Positions 42,501 to 50,509 are shown, numbered from the stretch's first letter. The stretch: DNA of 64,000 bases from Thermodesulfobacteriota bacterium (GCA_963422265.1 OY729416.1:151540-215539), one strand, 5' to 3'. Notes: generated by a model not told the origin, from the letters alone. Translations and numbers: made by a program.

Positions 42501-42893
42501 ACGAACGATGAAGAAGGGATAGACTGGAATACGGATCAATTCTGGAGGGCTTATCAAAGGATCAAGGAGTTTAAGGATTACTCTTCGAGATCAAATAGCG
42601 AGCAGAGTTTGGAGCAAAAAGCTCTAAACAATCTCGACTTTCTTGCCAGAAGTGATAAAGAAGAACTGATGCCTCTTAAAGACTTCCTACGCACTCTAAG
42701 GGATGATATTGCTTATTACGGCACGCTTTCAGATTATACTATGCGCCGAATAGCCAATTTCAAAGAGAATTCTAGTGAAGACGTTAAGAAGCTGATGGAT
42801 GAGTTAGGCAAAGATTATTTGCTCAGAGAAAAAAGCCGTGAAAAAGCCCAGAAAAGAGAAGTCATTATAGCTATTGAGAATAAAAAAGCATGA
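39573..42893 (+). CDS. PLD(HKD)-family nuclease domain fused to an SNF2/SF2 helicase-translocase
   Basis: The N-terminal PLD module has H131-x-K133 (NHAKLYIF, codon CAT at 39963) plus GSSNLT. The SNF2 motor has motif I GLGKS (40416-40430), motif II DEAH (40641-40652), TATPFNN, and C-terminal DKISEGFNLNRAGMVINYDIPWNPVRVIQRLGRINR. The remaining ~300 aa of C-terminus has no recognisable motif. Confidence 0.88.
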   Translation: MGNFITNNATKSLKRRLVELIEKSEELKFLVGFFYFSGIEELHNGIKSKPEAVMKVLVGLNVDHSNFGLIEFAEDGKTSDQEKIDKFCESVKKSLDTDDFDVREFYEQVRFFIDLIREDRLIIRKTFKPNHAKLYIFKLDQSQVGRRSLFVTGSSNLTRSGLSMQDEFNVEIGDYGFEDAESYFDDLWDRAVKITEYEDTKKKLIKIVEQETLVKEVTPFEAFCLVLKTYLDSFKQKDIGGLLIEILEKNGYKEYRYQLDAVEQALAIIESNNGVIVADVVGLGKSVVACAIAKHLKKRGVIICPPGLIGDASRDSGWKKYVEDFRLYEWEVRSLGDLENTLEFVKKAKDIEVVIVDEAHRFRNQDTKGYELLKNICREKQVILLTATPFNNRPGDILSLLKLFINPKKSSITLDGNLVNQFRVFKEIFDRIAYIKKHCNSPDSSKRKKAENYYKSLFEEEAVNLNKVARRARYLSKQIRDVIEPVTIRRNRLDLRNNPLYKNEVEKFSKVADPIEWFFELSSEQSEFYSRIIEHYFGDPEGGRRFKGAIYRPFEYEIDVEKDIGEGNNRQLQQQRNLFDFMRRLLVKRFESSFGSFKQSIKNFKKITESCKKFIDKTGEYILDRALLEKIYELDLEEIEERLLDYEEKINRDEYPKNHKRYKLKNFKRRDEFISDLESDLDLFDEILKMLSTLDLVQSDPKMSCLIQNIKRELKKKPKAGEPKRKIIIFSEYVDTVRYLSKAIKEEFGSRTLVVDGPLFNSGIKQINENFDASYPKQKEDYDILLSSDKISEGFNLNRAGMVINYDIPWNPVRVIQRLGRINRISKRVFDELFIINFFPTERGAKHVRSREIATDKMLLIHAALGEDSKIFDIDEEPSPSGLFNRIQQNPDSREEESFYTKALRRFLKIKDNHPELIKNLDGYPPRIKVAKKHSENELLVFFKKVRLYVTAASTDVENLKPYYMDFEDAFDKIVCTNDEEGIDWNTDQFWRAYQRIKEFKDYSSRSNSEQSLEQKALNNLDFLARSDKEELMPLKDFLRTLRDDIAYYGTLSDYTMRRIANFKENSSEDVKKLMDELGKDYLLREKSREKAQKREVIIAIENKKA

Positions 42894-45800
42894 GCGAAGC
42901 CTTACGACGTTTAGAGTCAATAATTCATGGTGATAGCTTCTCGGTCGAGGACTTCAATCTCTTTTTTCGGGAGAAAAGCAGGGACTACATACAACTAGAT
43001 CAGCGTTGCTCTAACTATGAAGATGAGGAGTTCAAAGACATTGTTAAACTCGGCAAGATTAAATTTCCTGATGGAGATAGCCGCCTTATCTGCTTCTCTA
43101 TAAAAGTCCTAAACAATCTCACCGAGCGCGCGGGCAAGAAGAAACAATATGAGAAAGCCAAAAGGATATTGAAATCAGATGAAGGTGGAATGAACTCAAC
43201 TGGTATATTCATTTTTTACGATTCAGGCGGTAGCTTCCGATTTTCCCTTATTTATTCAGAATCGTTTGGAACAAGAAATAAGTGGAGCAATTTTCGCCGA
43301 TTTACGTATTTCGTTGACAAAAGCCTAACTAACAAAACCTTTAAGCATCAAATCGGTGAAGGCGATTTCTCAACTCTAGAGGCAATCAAAGACGCCTTCT
43401 CAGTTGAGAAGGTTACCAAGGAATTCTATCAAGCAATTGCTAACTGGTATTTCTGGGTGGTTGGACTATCTCAATTTCCCAAGGATGCGGAGGCGGAAGA
43501 GGGCGGGCGCAATATCTCTATTATTAGGCTTATAACGCGGATAATTTTCATCTGGTTTATGCGCGAGCGGGGATTGGTGTCCAAAGACTTATTTGATAAG
43601 ACATCTATAAAACAGATTCTAAAACACTTTGATCCACTTGATTCAGAAGACTCTAATTACTATAAAGCTATTCTACAGAATCTGTTTTTCGCTACGCTTA
43701 GTGCTAAAAAAGAAGAACGCAAGTTCAGAACAGAGCAACGAGGGTATAAAGGCTATAATCGTCACTTTGGCTATAAATACGTCTTCCGTTATCACGCGCT
43801 CTTCAAAAATCCTGATAAGATAAAAGACATATTTGATGATACTCCTTTCCTAAACGGCGGGCTTTTTGAGTGCTTGGATGATAGAAAGAAAGACGTTTTC
43901 ATTGATGGTTTTACAGACGTTAAAAAACATCAGCCTACCGTGCCAAACCTGCTTTTCTTTAGTGATGAGAAGGCGGTAGATCTAAATAAGTTTTATGGCA
44001 CGAAAAACAAAACTCACAAAGTGCGAGGGCTTCTTAATACCCTTTCCTCGTTTAATTTTACTATAGATGAGAACACGCCGGATGATCAAGACGTTGCACT
44101 TGATCCAGAGCTACTAGGACGAGTCTTTGAAAATCTACTCGCCAGTTTTAACCCGCAGACCTCCACGACTGCCCGCAAAGCTACGGGAAGCTATTATACG
44201 CCTAGAAAAATTGTGGATTACATGGTTACCGAATCACTCAAGGCTTACTTAAAAACTAGTCTCGAGAATGAGGGTATAGAAGACGTAGATGGCAAACTTA
44301 AGAGTTTATTCATTGTGGACAACGAGGAAAATCCTTTTGACGAACGGCAATCAAGGAAGCTAGTTGATTTGATTGAAAGCGTCAGAATCGTTGATCCTGC
44401 CGTTGGTTCAGGCGCGTTTCCAATGGGAGTGCTTAATAAGCTGGTGTTTATTCTCAATAAGGTTGATCCGGATAACAAGTTATGGAAGTCGGCTCAACTC
44501 AAGGTGGTGGATGCTATATCTGATCCTAGCGCGAGGCGGAAAGCTAGGGAGAGCATAGAGAAGTTTTTTGAAGGGAAGAACGCCGATTATGGTAGAAAGT
44601 TGTATTTGATCCAACGGTGTATTTACGGTGTTGATATTCAGCAAATTGCGGTTGAGATTGCCAAACTCCGATTTTTTATATCTCTTCTGGTTGATGAAAG
44701 GATTGATAAGGATTCTTATAACCATGGCATAGAACCCTTGCCAAACCTAGATTTCAAGATTATGCAGGGGAATAGCCTGATTGAACTTATTTCCTATACC
44801 ATTACAAAAGACAGGGAAAGAGATGAAATAGTTAGAGAACTGAAAAAGCTGAAAGATGAATTGTTTAGCATTGCCTTACCAGAAGCGAAGCGTAACAAGC
44901 GAGATGAAATAGAAAGATTGACTGAAAAACTCTTTGAACGGGATAGGAGTAAAAAGATAGAAGAATATGAACTAGAAATAAAGGCAATAGAGGCACAGGA
45001 TGGGCTATTTGAGGATAGTGGAGCTAGAAGGAGACAGAAAGAGAATGAGAAAAAGATAAATGAATACAAATTGAAAATTGAAAGGATTAGAAATCTACAA
45101 GTTCTGGGACCTGCAGATCACTTTGAATGGCATATCTACTTTTCTGAGGTCTTTCAAGAAAACGAGGGGTTTGACATAGTAATAGGCAACCCGCCTTATG
45201 GCGTCAAAATCAGCCAGGCTAATCTGAAAGCTATCAAAGCAAATATTCGCGATACGAAAAATACCAACAGCGCGGCACTGTTTGCTGACTATGCAAAAAA
45301 CCGTTTCATTAACAAAGATGGAGTGGTGTCCCTGATTGTTCCCAAGTCTTTGTTGTTTTCAGAAAGATGGCTGGATTTGGCGTTTGGATTACTGCCTAAA
45401 ACAGTAGTGCTGGTGGATGTTGAAAAGGCATTTGAGAGGGTCAAGCTGGAGCAGGTGGTACTCATTTGGTCAGCCAAGTGTAATGACAACTTTTATATCG
45501 GGCGTAAGTTTCTCAACAATACTTTTATGCAAACGACCCAAATCAATAGAAAATATCCGAAAAAGTTTCAGGCGTGGATATGTTCTGTGTCAGAAGTGGA
45601 AATTGCTCTGGGCAGTAAGATCTCCAGCATTGGGACATTCCTCCGCAAGGTTTCAAAGACCAGCAGAGGTTTGGCAATACAGAAAGACCTTGCGCCGACC
45701 GGTGATATACCCGTGCTTGGAGGCAAAGAGATTAGGCGCTACGCCATCCGTGGCATAAAAGGCTATATCAGCCGTGAACATCTAGACATGAACAGCCGCA

Positions 45801-46267
45801 AGGTTCAGTTCTTGCTTCAGCCGAAAGTGATTTCTCAGAGACTTGTGGCTCATATTCAGAATCCTCAGCTTCATGTCAAAATAATTTCTACGGTTGATAA
45901 AGTTGGCGATATATTGAGTGTTGATACGGTGGAAAACACGGTTATTACAGATGAAATTTTTAGTCCGGTTTTTATCTCGTCTCTTTTTAATTCAGTGCTC
46001 ATAAACTGGTACGCTTACAGATTTATTTTTTGTTCCGCAATTAGAACTATGGATTTCGATAATTACTATGTAGGCAAGATTCCTGTTCCCATTGTTATGA
46101 CTGAACAGCAAGCACCGATCATCGCCCTGGCAACGGATATTCTCGCTGCCAAAGCCGCCGACCCGAATGCGGACACTACCGCTTTGGAAGGGGAAGTTGA
46201 TCGGCTGATCTATGGGTTATACGGACTGACGGAGGAGGAAATAGCGGTGGTAGAGAAACGCGAATGA
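42890..46267 (+). CDS. N6-adenine DNA methyltransferase, gamma class, Eco57I/PglX/DrmMI-like large single-chain enzyme
   Basis: TGSYYTPRKIVDYMV, motif I DPAVGSGAFP (from 44393), YGVDIQQIAVEIAKLRF, QGNSLIE, motif IV FDIVIGNPPYG (NPPY at 45188-45199), and a C-terminal recognition region ending RLIYGLYGLTEEEIAVVE. The ATG overlaps the upstream stop (ATGA at 42890-42893). Confidence 0.9.
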   Translation: MSEALRRLESIIHGDSFSVEDFNLFFREKSRDYIQLDQRCSNYEDEEFKDIVKLGKIKFPDGDSRLICFSIKVLNNLTERAGKKKQYEKAKRILKSDEGGMNSTGIFIFYDSGGSFRFSLIYSESFGTRNKWSNFRRFTYFVDKSLTNKTFKHQIGEGDFSTLEAIKDAFSVEKVTKEFYQAIANWYFWVVGLSQFPKDAEAEEGGRNISIIRLITRIIFIWFMRERGLVSKDLFDKTSIKQILKHFDPLDSEDSNYYKAILQNLFFATLSAKKEERKFRTEQRGYKGYNRHFGYKYVFRYHALFKNPDKIKDIFDDTPFLNGGLFECLDDRKKDVFIDGFTDVKKHQPTVPNLLFFSDEKAVDLNKFYGTKNKTHKVRGLLNTLSSFNFTIDENTPDDQDVALDPELLGRVFENLLASFNPQTSTTARKATGSYYTPRKIVDYMVTESLKAYLKTSLENEGIEDVDGKLKSLFIVDNEENPFDERQSRKLVDLIESVRIVDPAVGSGAFPMGVLNKLVFILNKVDPDNKLWKSAQLKVVDAISDPSARRKARESIEKFFEGKNADYGRKLYLIQRCIYGVDIQQIAVEIAKLRFFISLLVDERIDKDSYNHGIEPLPNLDFKIMQGNSLIELISYTITKDRERDEIVRELKKLKDELFSIALPEAKRNKRDEIERLTEKLFERDRSKKIEEYELEIKAIEAQDGLFEDSGARRRQKENEKKINEYKLKIERIRNLQVLGPADHFEWHIYFSEVFQENEGFDIVIGNPPYGVKISQANLKAIKANIRDTKNTNSAALFADYAKNRFINKDGVVSLIVPKSLLFSERWLDLAFGLLPKTVVLVDVEKAFERVKLEQVVLIWSAKCNDNFYIGRKFLNNTFMQTTQINRKYPKKFQAWICSVSEVEIALGSKISSIGTFLRKVSKTSRGLAIQKDLAPTGDIPVLGGKEIRRYAIRGIKGYISREHLDMNSRKVQFLLQPKVISQRLVAHIQNPQLHVKIISTVDKVGDILSVDTVENTVITDEIFSPVFISSLFNSVLINWYAYRFIFCSAIRTMDFDNYYVGKIPVPIVMTEQQAPIIALATDILAAKAADPNADTTALEGEVDRLIYGLYGLTEEEIAVVEKRE

Positions 46268-47247
46268 AATCCCCTTGTAAAGAACTACTTGACCGGGCGA
46301 TAGCCACAACCGTTGCTGCCATCGATATTTACAATAAGCCGGACTTTCTTTATCGGGCGGAAACCTTTTCCATTCTGGCAATCAATGGTTGGGAACTGCT
46401 TCTGAAAGCGAAGTGGCTCAGTGAGCATGACGACAAAATTCGCTCTATTTATATGACGGAACCCGCGAAGAAAGACGGGACAAAAAGCGAGCACAATCAA
46501 TCGGAAATCAAACGCACTCGTTCGGGGAATCCGATTACGCACAGCTTATACTACCTCGCGAAAAAGCTTGTTGAACAGAAGCATTTGAGCCAAACGGCAA
46601 TGGGTAATATAGAAGCATTGCTTGAATTGCGTAATTCTTCCGTTCATTTTTACAATCAATCCGACACAGCATTAGCGTCCCGACTTCAAGGAATAGGTGC
46701 CGCTAGTCTCAAAAACTTCGTTTTAGCCGTGAGAGGGTGGTTTGATCGTGACTTGAGCGAATTTAATTTTTACCTGATGCCCCTGTCGTTCGTGTGTCTG
46801 CCTCAACAGATGGACGCCATTGTCTTCAAAGAAGAAGAGCAGAATTTCCTGAGATATCTGAAACAGCTTGAGGAGATGACAGATGAGGAAGATTCTGGAT
46901 ACGCTGTCACGCTCAACATTGACGTGAGGTTTACGCGTTCCAAGTCAAAGGACGTTCCCGAGGTTCGTCCTACGAAAAATCCTGATGCGCCCGAGGTTCG
47001 CCTGACGGAAGAACAGATTCGGGAACAATACCCTTGGGACTACGACAAACTGATAAAAGAGTGTGTTGAGCGATATGCAAATTTCAAGTGCAACCCCGAA
47101 TTCCACGACATCAAAAGGAGGCTACTTGAAGAGGATAGGTTTTGCCATGTCCGCTACCTTAACCCCTACAATAAAAAGAGTTCAAATAAGAAGTTCTATA
47201 AAGCCAACATCCTGCAGGAGTTAGATAAGCATTACTCGCGGAAATAA
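46264..47247 (+). CDS. HEPN-like (R-x4-H) protein, DUF3644-like N-terminus; function unknown
   Basis: The ATG overlaps the methyltransferase stop (ATGA at 46264-46267). The N-terminal AAIDIYNKPDFLYRAETFSILAINGWELLLKAKWL resembles DUF3644 as I remember it. LLELRNSSVHF (R123..H128, about 46630-46647) fits the HEPN Rx4-6H motif. Confidence 0.7.
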   Translation: MKSPCKELLDRAIATTVAAIDIYNKPDFLYRAETFSILAINGWELLLKAKWLSEHDDKIRSIYMTEPAKKDGTKSEHNQSEIKRTRSGNPITHSLYYLAKKLVEQKHLSQTAMGNIEALLELRNSSVHFYNQSDTALASRLQGIGAASLKNFVLAVRGWFDRDLSEFNFYLMPLSFVCLPQQMDAIVFKEEEQNFLRYLKQLEEMTDEEDSGYAVTLNIDVRFTRSKSKDVPEVRPTKNPDAPEVRLTEEQIREQYPWDYDKLIKECVERYANFKCNPEFHDIKRRLLEEDRFCHVRYLNPYNKKSSNKKFYKANILQELDKHYSRK

Positions 47248-47563
47248 CTTGTCTGTGGGCGTCATATACTGAATGACAGCCAGCAGGTGCTGGCAAGCAA
47301 AAATCTCAGCGATTGAAAGAGCACATTGACGGATGATGAGATTCTGCAATGGACTTATCACTTCCATTCAATTTAACAAGTTGCTCTCTCCTTCGACAAA
47401 CTCAGGACAGCACAACACAACTAGCTCACTGACCAATCAGGACACCGCTTCCTTGTTTTTCATAAGGACATGCTTTTGAGTGGAAGAGGCAATATGTTGA
47501 ACAAGTGTACATTCTCAAATTTCCATAGCGGAGCAAATACCTTTTATCCCTAAACCGTGTATA

Positions 47564-48424
47564 ATGGAAAACCAATCAGAGATGAGCGCTAATAGAAAGA
47601 ATTACTTTAAGATAATTTTGCTGGTTTTTTCCGCCTTAGGCGTTGTATTATCAATTTACTTAACCTATCTCCATTACGCTCAGCTTGCAGCTTTATTTTG
47701 TGAGGAAGGTTCTGGCTGTGACGTCGTTAGGCAGAGTGGCTATTCAATCCTTCTGGGCGTTCCCATTGCGGTTTTAGGAATAGTTGGCTACCTCTCCATT
47801 TTCATATTTACGATTATTTCCTTTCCTAAGGGTAAATCGTGGCTTTCGCTATACCTGGCATCGCTTGCGGGATTTGTTTTTTCTGCGTATCTAACTTACC
47901 TTGAGGTTTTCGTCATAGATGCGATTTGCCTTTACTGTATAATCTCGGCGCTTATAATGACGGTGATTTTCATTGCGGCACTTTTAGCGAAAGCCGAGCT
48001 TTATCCAAAATTGTCAATGCTCAAAACATCCGTTCTAAGTATAGTTGTCACTGTTGTCATAATTACAGGCTCAATGGCTTTCCAGTCGGATCATACGATA
48101 AGAATTGACCCTGCAAGTATTAGCGCTAACAGCTTTCAACTGGGGCTGGCTAGGCATCTCGGCAAACAGCGAGCCGTGATGTATGGGTCGTTTAGGTGTG
48201 CTCATTGTATTCAACAAAAGGATCTTTTTGGGGATGCTTTTGTTTACGTCAAATACGTGGAATGTCATCCAGATGGTCAAGATTCCAACCCATCTCTGTG
48301 TTTAGAAAAGGGAATAAGGAGTTACCCCACTTGGGAGATTAAAGGTAGATACTACAAGGGAATTCAATCTTTAGAGAAGTTATCCGCTATATCTAGGTAT
48401 ATGGGGGAAGGGTATAGTGGCTAA
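47564..48424 (+). CDS. Vitamin K epoxide reductase (VKOR) family protein fused to a thioredoxin-like domain
   Basis: Multi-TM N-terminal part with a loop Cys pair (CEEGSGC) and a membrane CxxC (CLYC). The C-terminal soluble domain has CAHC and a cis-Pro-type SYPTWE. Confidence 0.85.
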   Translation: MENQSEMSANRKNYFKIILLVFSALGVVLSIYLTYLHYAQLAALFCEEGSGCDVVRQSGYSILLGVPIAVLGIVGYLSIFIFTIISFPKGKSWLSLYLASLAGFVFSAYLTYLEVFVIDAICLYCIISALIMTVIFIAALLAKAELYPKLSMLKTSVLSIVVTVVIITGSMAFQSDHTIRIDPASISANSFQLGLARHLGKQRAVMYGSFRCAHCIQQKDLFGDAFVYVKYVECHPDGQDSNPSLCLEKGIRSYPTWEIKGRYYKGIQSLEKLSAISRYMGEGYSG

Positions 48425-48455
48425 TTAACGAAGCCTTTCATTTTGCCTATGCTTG

Positions 48456-49145
48456 TTACTGTCTTCTACCGCATTCCTTGACAAATTCAGAGAATATTAG
48501 CCTAGATACCTCTGTATCTTCAAGTTCAGGGTGCCACTGAACTCCTAATACGAATGCTTTGCCTTCGGACTCAATTCCTTCAACTATACCGTCCTTTGTC
48601 TCCGCGCATAGTTTGAGTCCTTTTCCGATTTGCTTGACGGACTGGTGATGATAGCTTTTGGCTGAGAACCCATCAGCGCCTACGATTGTTGAAAGGAGGG
48701 TGTTTTTTAAGACGTTTATACGATGGGTCGCTCCGTTTTCATGGGGCAGCGCCTCTGGGATATAAGCCTTTATGTCTTGAAATAGGGATCCACCGAAGAA
48801 AACGTTGATTAGTTGCATACCACCGCAGATACCCATTACTGGAATGCTACTTTTTACCGCTAAGTTGAGTGCTGAAAACTCAAACTCCGTCCGCTCTAAG
48901 CTCATGGGTTTTAATCTAGGGTGAGGCTCCTCGTTGTAGAACTTAGGGTCCATATCCCTGGAGCCGGGAAGTAATAATCCGTCAATACTGCCTATGGTAT
49001 CTGTAAGAAAATAAGAGTTTCCCGCCATTGATGGAATAAGGAATGGTATTCCTCCAGATTCCACTAAAGAGCGCGCGTAATTTTCCTCGATTGAGAAGCA
49101 CCCGTCTTTTACATCTGTAGTAATTCCTATTATGGGTTTCTTCAC
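48456..49145 (-). CDS. Gamma-glutamyl-gamma-aminobutyrate hydrolase family protein (class I glutamine amidotransferase, peptidase C26)
   Basis: The nucleophile elbow is GICGGMQ, with later YHHQ and WHPE. 229 aa. Confidence 0.85.
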   Translation of the reverse strand: MKKPIIGITTDVKDGCFSIEENYARSLVESGGIPFLIPSMAGNSYFLTDTIGSIDGLLLPGSRDMDPKFYNEEPHPRLKPMSLERTEFEFSALNLAVKSSIPVMGICGGMQLINVFFGGSLFQDIKAYIPEALPHENGATHRINVLKNTLLSTIVGADGFSAKSYHHQSVKQIGKGLKLCAETKDGIVEGIESEGKAFVLGVQWHPELEDTEVSRLIFSEFVKECGRRQ

Positions 49146-49993
49146 ATAACCATTTCTTCTAATCTTCTGATCCTTTCCTCCATTGGTGGATGGGTGCTGA
49201 ATAGTGAAGCGAGACCTTTTCCAGTAAGGGGGCTAGCTATAAGCATGTGAGACGTGCTATCTGCCACTTGCTCGCTTACCCTTAGGGGGACGCGTCCTGA
49301 ATAAGCACCCAGCTTTCTAAGCGCATTGGCTAGATAAAAGGGGTGTCCGCATATCTCAGCCCCAACTTTATCAGCTCCGTATTCTCTCGTTCTGGAAATA
49401 GCCAGCCTAATCACCGTAGCTGCGATTGGCGCTACTATAGCCATTGCAATTAGCGCAAGTGGGCTTCCGCCCCTGTCTCTTCCTCCACCCCCTCCGAATA
49501 TAGCGGCGAACTGAGCCATATAGGCAAGGTAAGTAATAGCCGTAGCGAGCGTTGCCGCAATAGAACCAATTAGGATGTCTCTGTTTTTAATATGAGCTAG
49601 CTCGTGAGCGAGCACGCCCTTTAGCTCTTCACGGCTTAGGAGACTCAATATGCCCTGCGTGACGGCGACCGCCGCGTGTTGGGGATCCCTTCCCGTAGCA
49701 AAGGCGTTTGGTTGCTCCTGTGGCGTTATATAAACCTTAGGCATTGGGAGTCCCGCCTTTTGCACAAGCTCCTGAACGTCTGAGTATAGCTCGGGAGAAT
49801 CTTTATAAGTGACCTCTTTTCCCTTATATAGTGAGAGCACGATTTTATCGCTCCACCAGTAGCTTGTGAAGTTCATTACGAGTGCTATTACGAGCGCAAT
49901 AGTGGCGCCACCCTGCCCGCCGAAGTACGCCCCAATAGCGAGCAATATCCCTGACATGCTCGCAAGCAAGATAAGGCTTTTAATGGTGTTCAT
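49142..49993 (-). CDS. htpX: Zinc metalloprotease HtpX (M48 family)
   Basis: Two N-terminal TM helices, the zincin motif HELAHIKNRD, two more TM helices, and a C-terminal HPPMEERI. Confidence 0.93.
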   Translation of the reverse strand: MNTIKSLILLASMSGILLAIGAYFGGQGGATIALVIALVMNFTSYWWSDKIVLSLYKGKEVTYKDSPELYSDVQELVQKAGLPMPKVYITPQEQPNAFATGRDPQHAAVAVTQGILSLLSREELKGVLAHELAHIKNRDILIGSIAATLATAITYLAYMAQFAAIFGGGGGRDRGGSPLALIAMAIVAPIAATVIRLAISRTREYGADKVGAEICGHPFYLANALRKLGAYSGRVPLRVSEQVADSTSHMLIASPLTGKGLASLFSTHPPMEERIRRLEEMVM

Positions 49994-50138
49994 CTTTTAT
50001 TTCTCCTCTTAATACAAGTATATATGGAAATCAAATACATAATTGGTAAGCTAGTGTTGTTCACTGAATTATCTGGTGAGAATATAACGCTTTCGAGCCC
50101 AAAATTCAAGAGCCGTTCAGCGGCGCTTAGTGAATTGC

Positions 50139-50182
50139 GAGGGAATTTGAGGGAATTATTGAGGGAATTTGAGGGAATTATG
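50139..50182. repeat. Four direct GAGGGAATT units (two copies of a 22-bp unit GAGGGAATTTGAGGGAATTATT)
   Basis: Read directly: units start at 50139, 50149, 50161 and 50171 (spacing 10, 12, 10 nt). The array ends 2 nt before the ATG at 50185 and begins 146 nt upstream of the divergent htpX start. Confidence 0.95.
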
Positions 50183-50184
50183 GT

Positions 50185-50481
50185 ATGAATAGCCTAATAA
50201 TATGGACGCTAGCAGGAGCTTTTATAAACGTTACGGTGCTTACTAGAGTAGCGCAGTATCTACTAAGAAAGACCAGCCTTCGGGATAAGAAAAGGGCTAT
50301 AGTTGTCTTTATTATAGTCGGAATTATTGATTTGTTGGGACTAACCTTGTTTTTTAAGAGCGTTAGTGTTGGTATTCAATTTATGATTTTCTATTACCTA
50401 CCTTTTTTGTTGATGTGGTTGTTAAAGGATTTTATGGAGGCATCAAGAAAAAAAGCGCCGCGGGACGCACGCCCTCAGTAA
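50185..50481 (+). CDS. Small hypothetical membrane protein
   Basis: 98 aa, three predicted hydrophobic helices, and a basic C-terminus. The last GAGG of the upstream repeat sits at Shine-Dalgarno distance. Confidence 0.5.
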   Translation: MNSLIIWTLAGAFINVTVLTRVAQYLLRKTSLRDKKRAIVVFIIVGIIDLLGLTLFFKSVSVGIQFMIFYYLPFLLMWLLKDFMEASRKKAPRDARPQ

Positions 50482-50509
50482 AAAGGGCTTTGGTAAAGCG
50501 AGGCATATT

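Noticed and set aside
39573-47247. Calling the cassette BREX or class 1 DISARM outright.
   Set aside because: The signature genes are missing from the window: PglZ, BrxC and BrxL for BREX, and DrmA and DrmB/DUF1998 for DISARM. Only the methylase and SNF2/PLD parts resemble them, so I report it as unclassified rather than assign a name.
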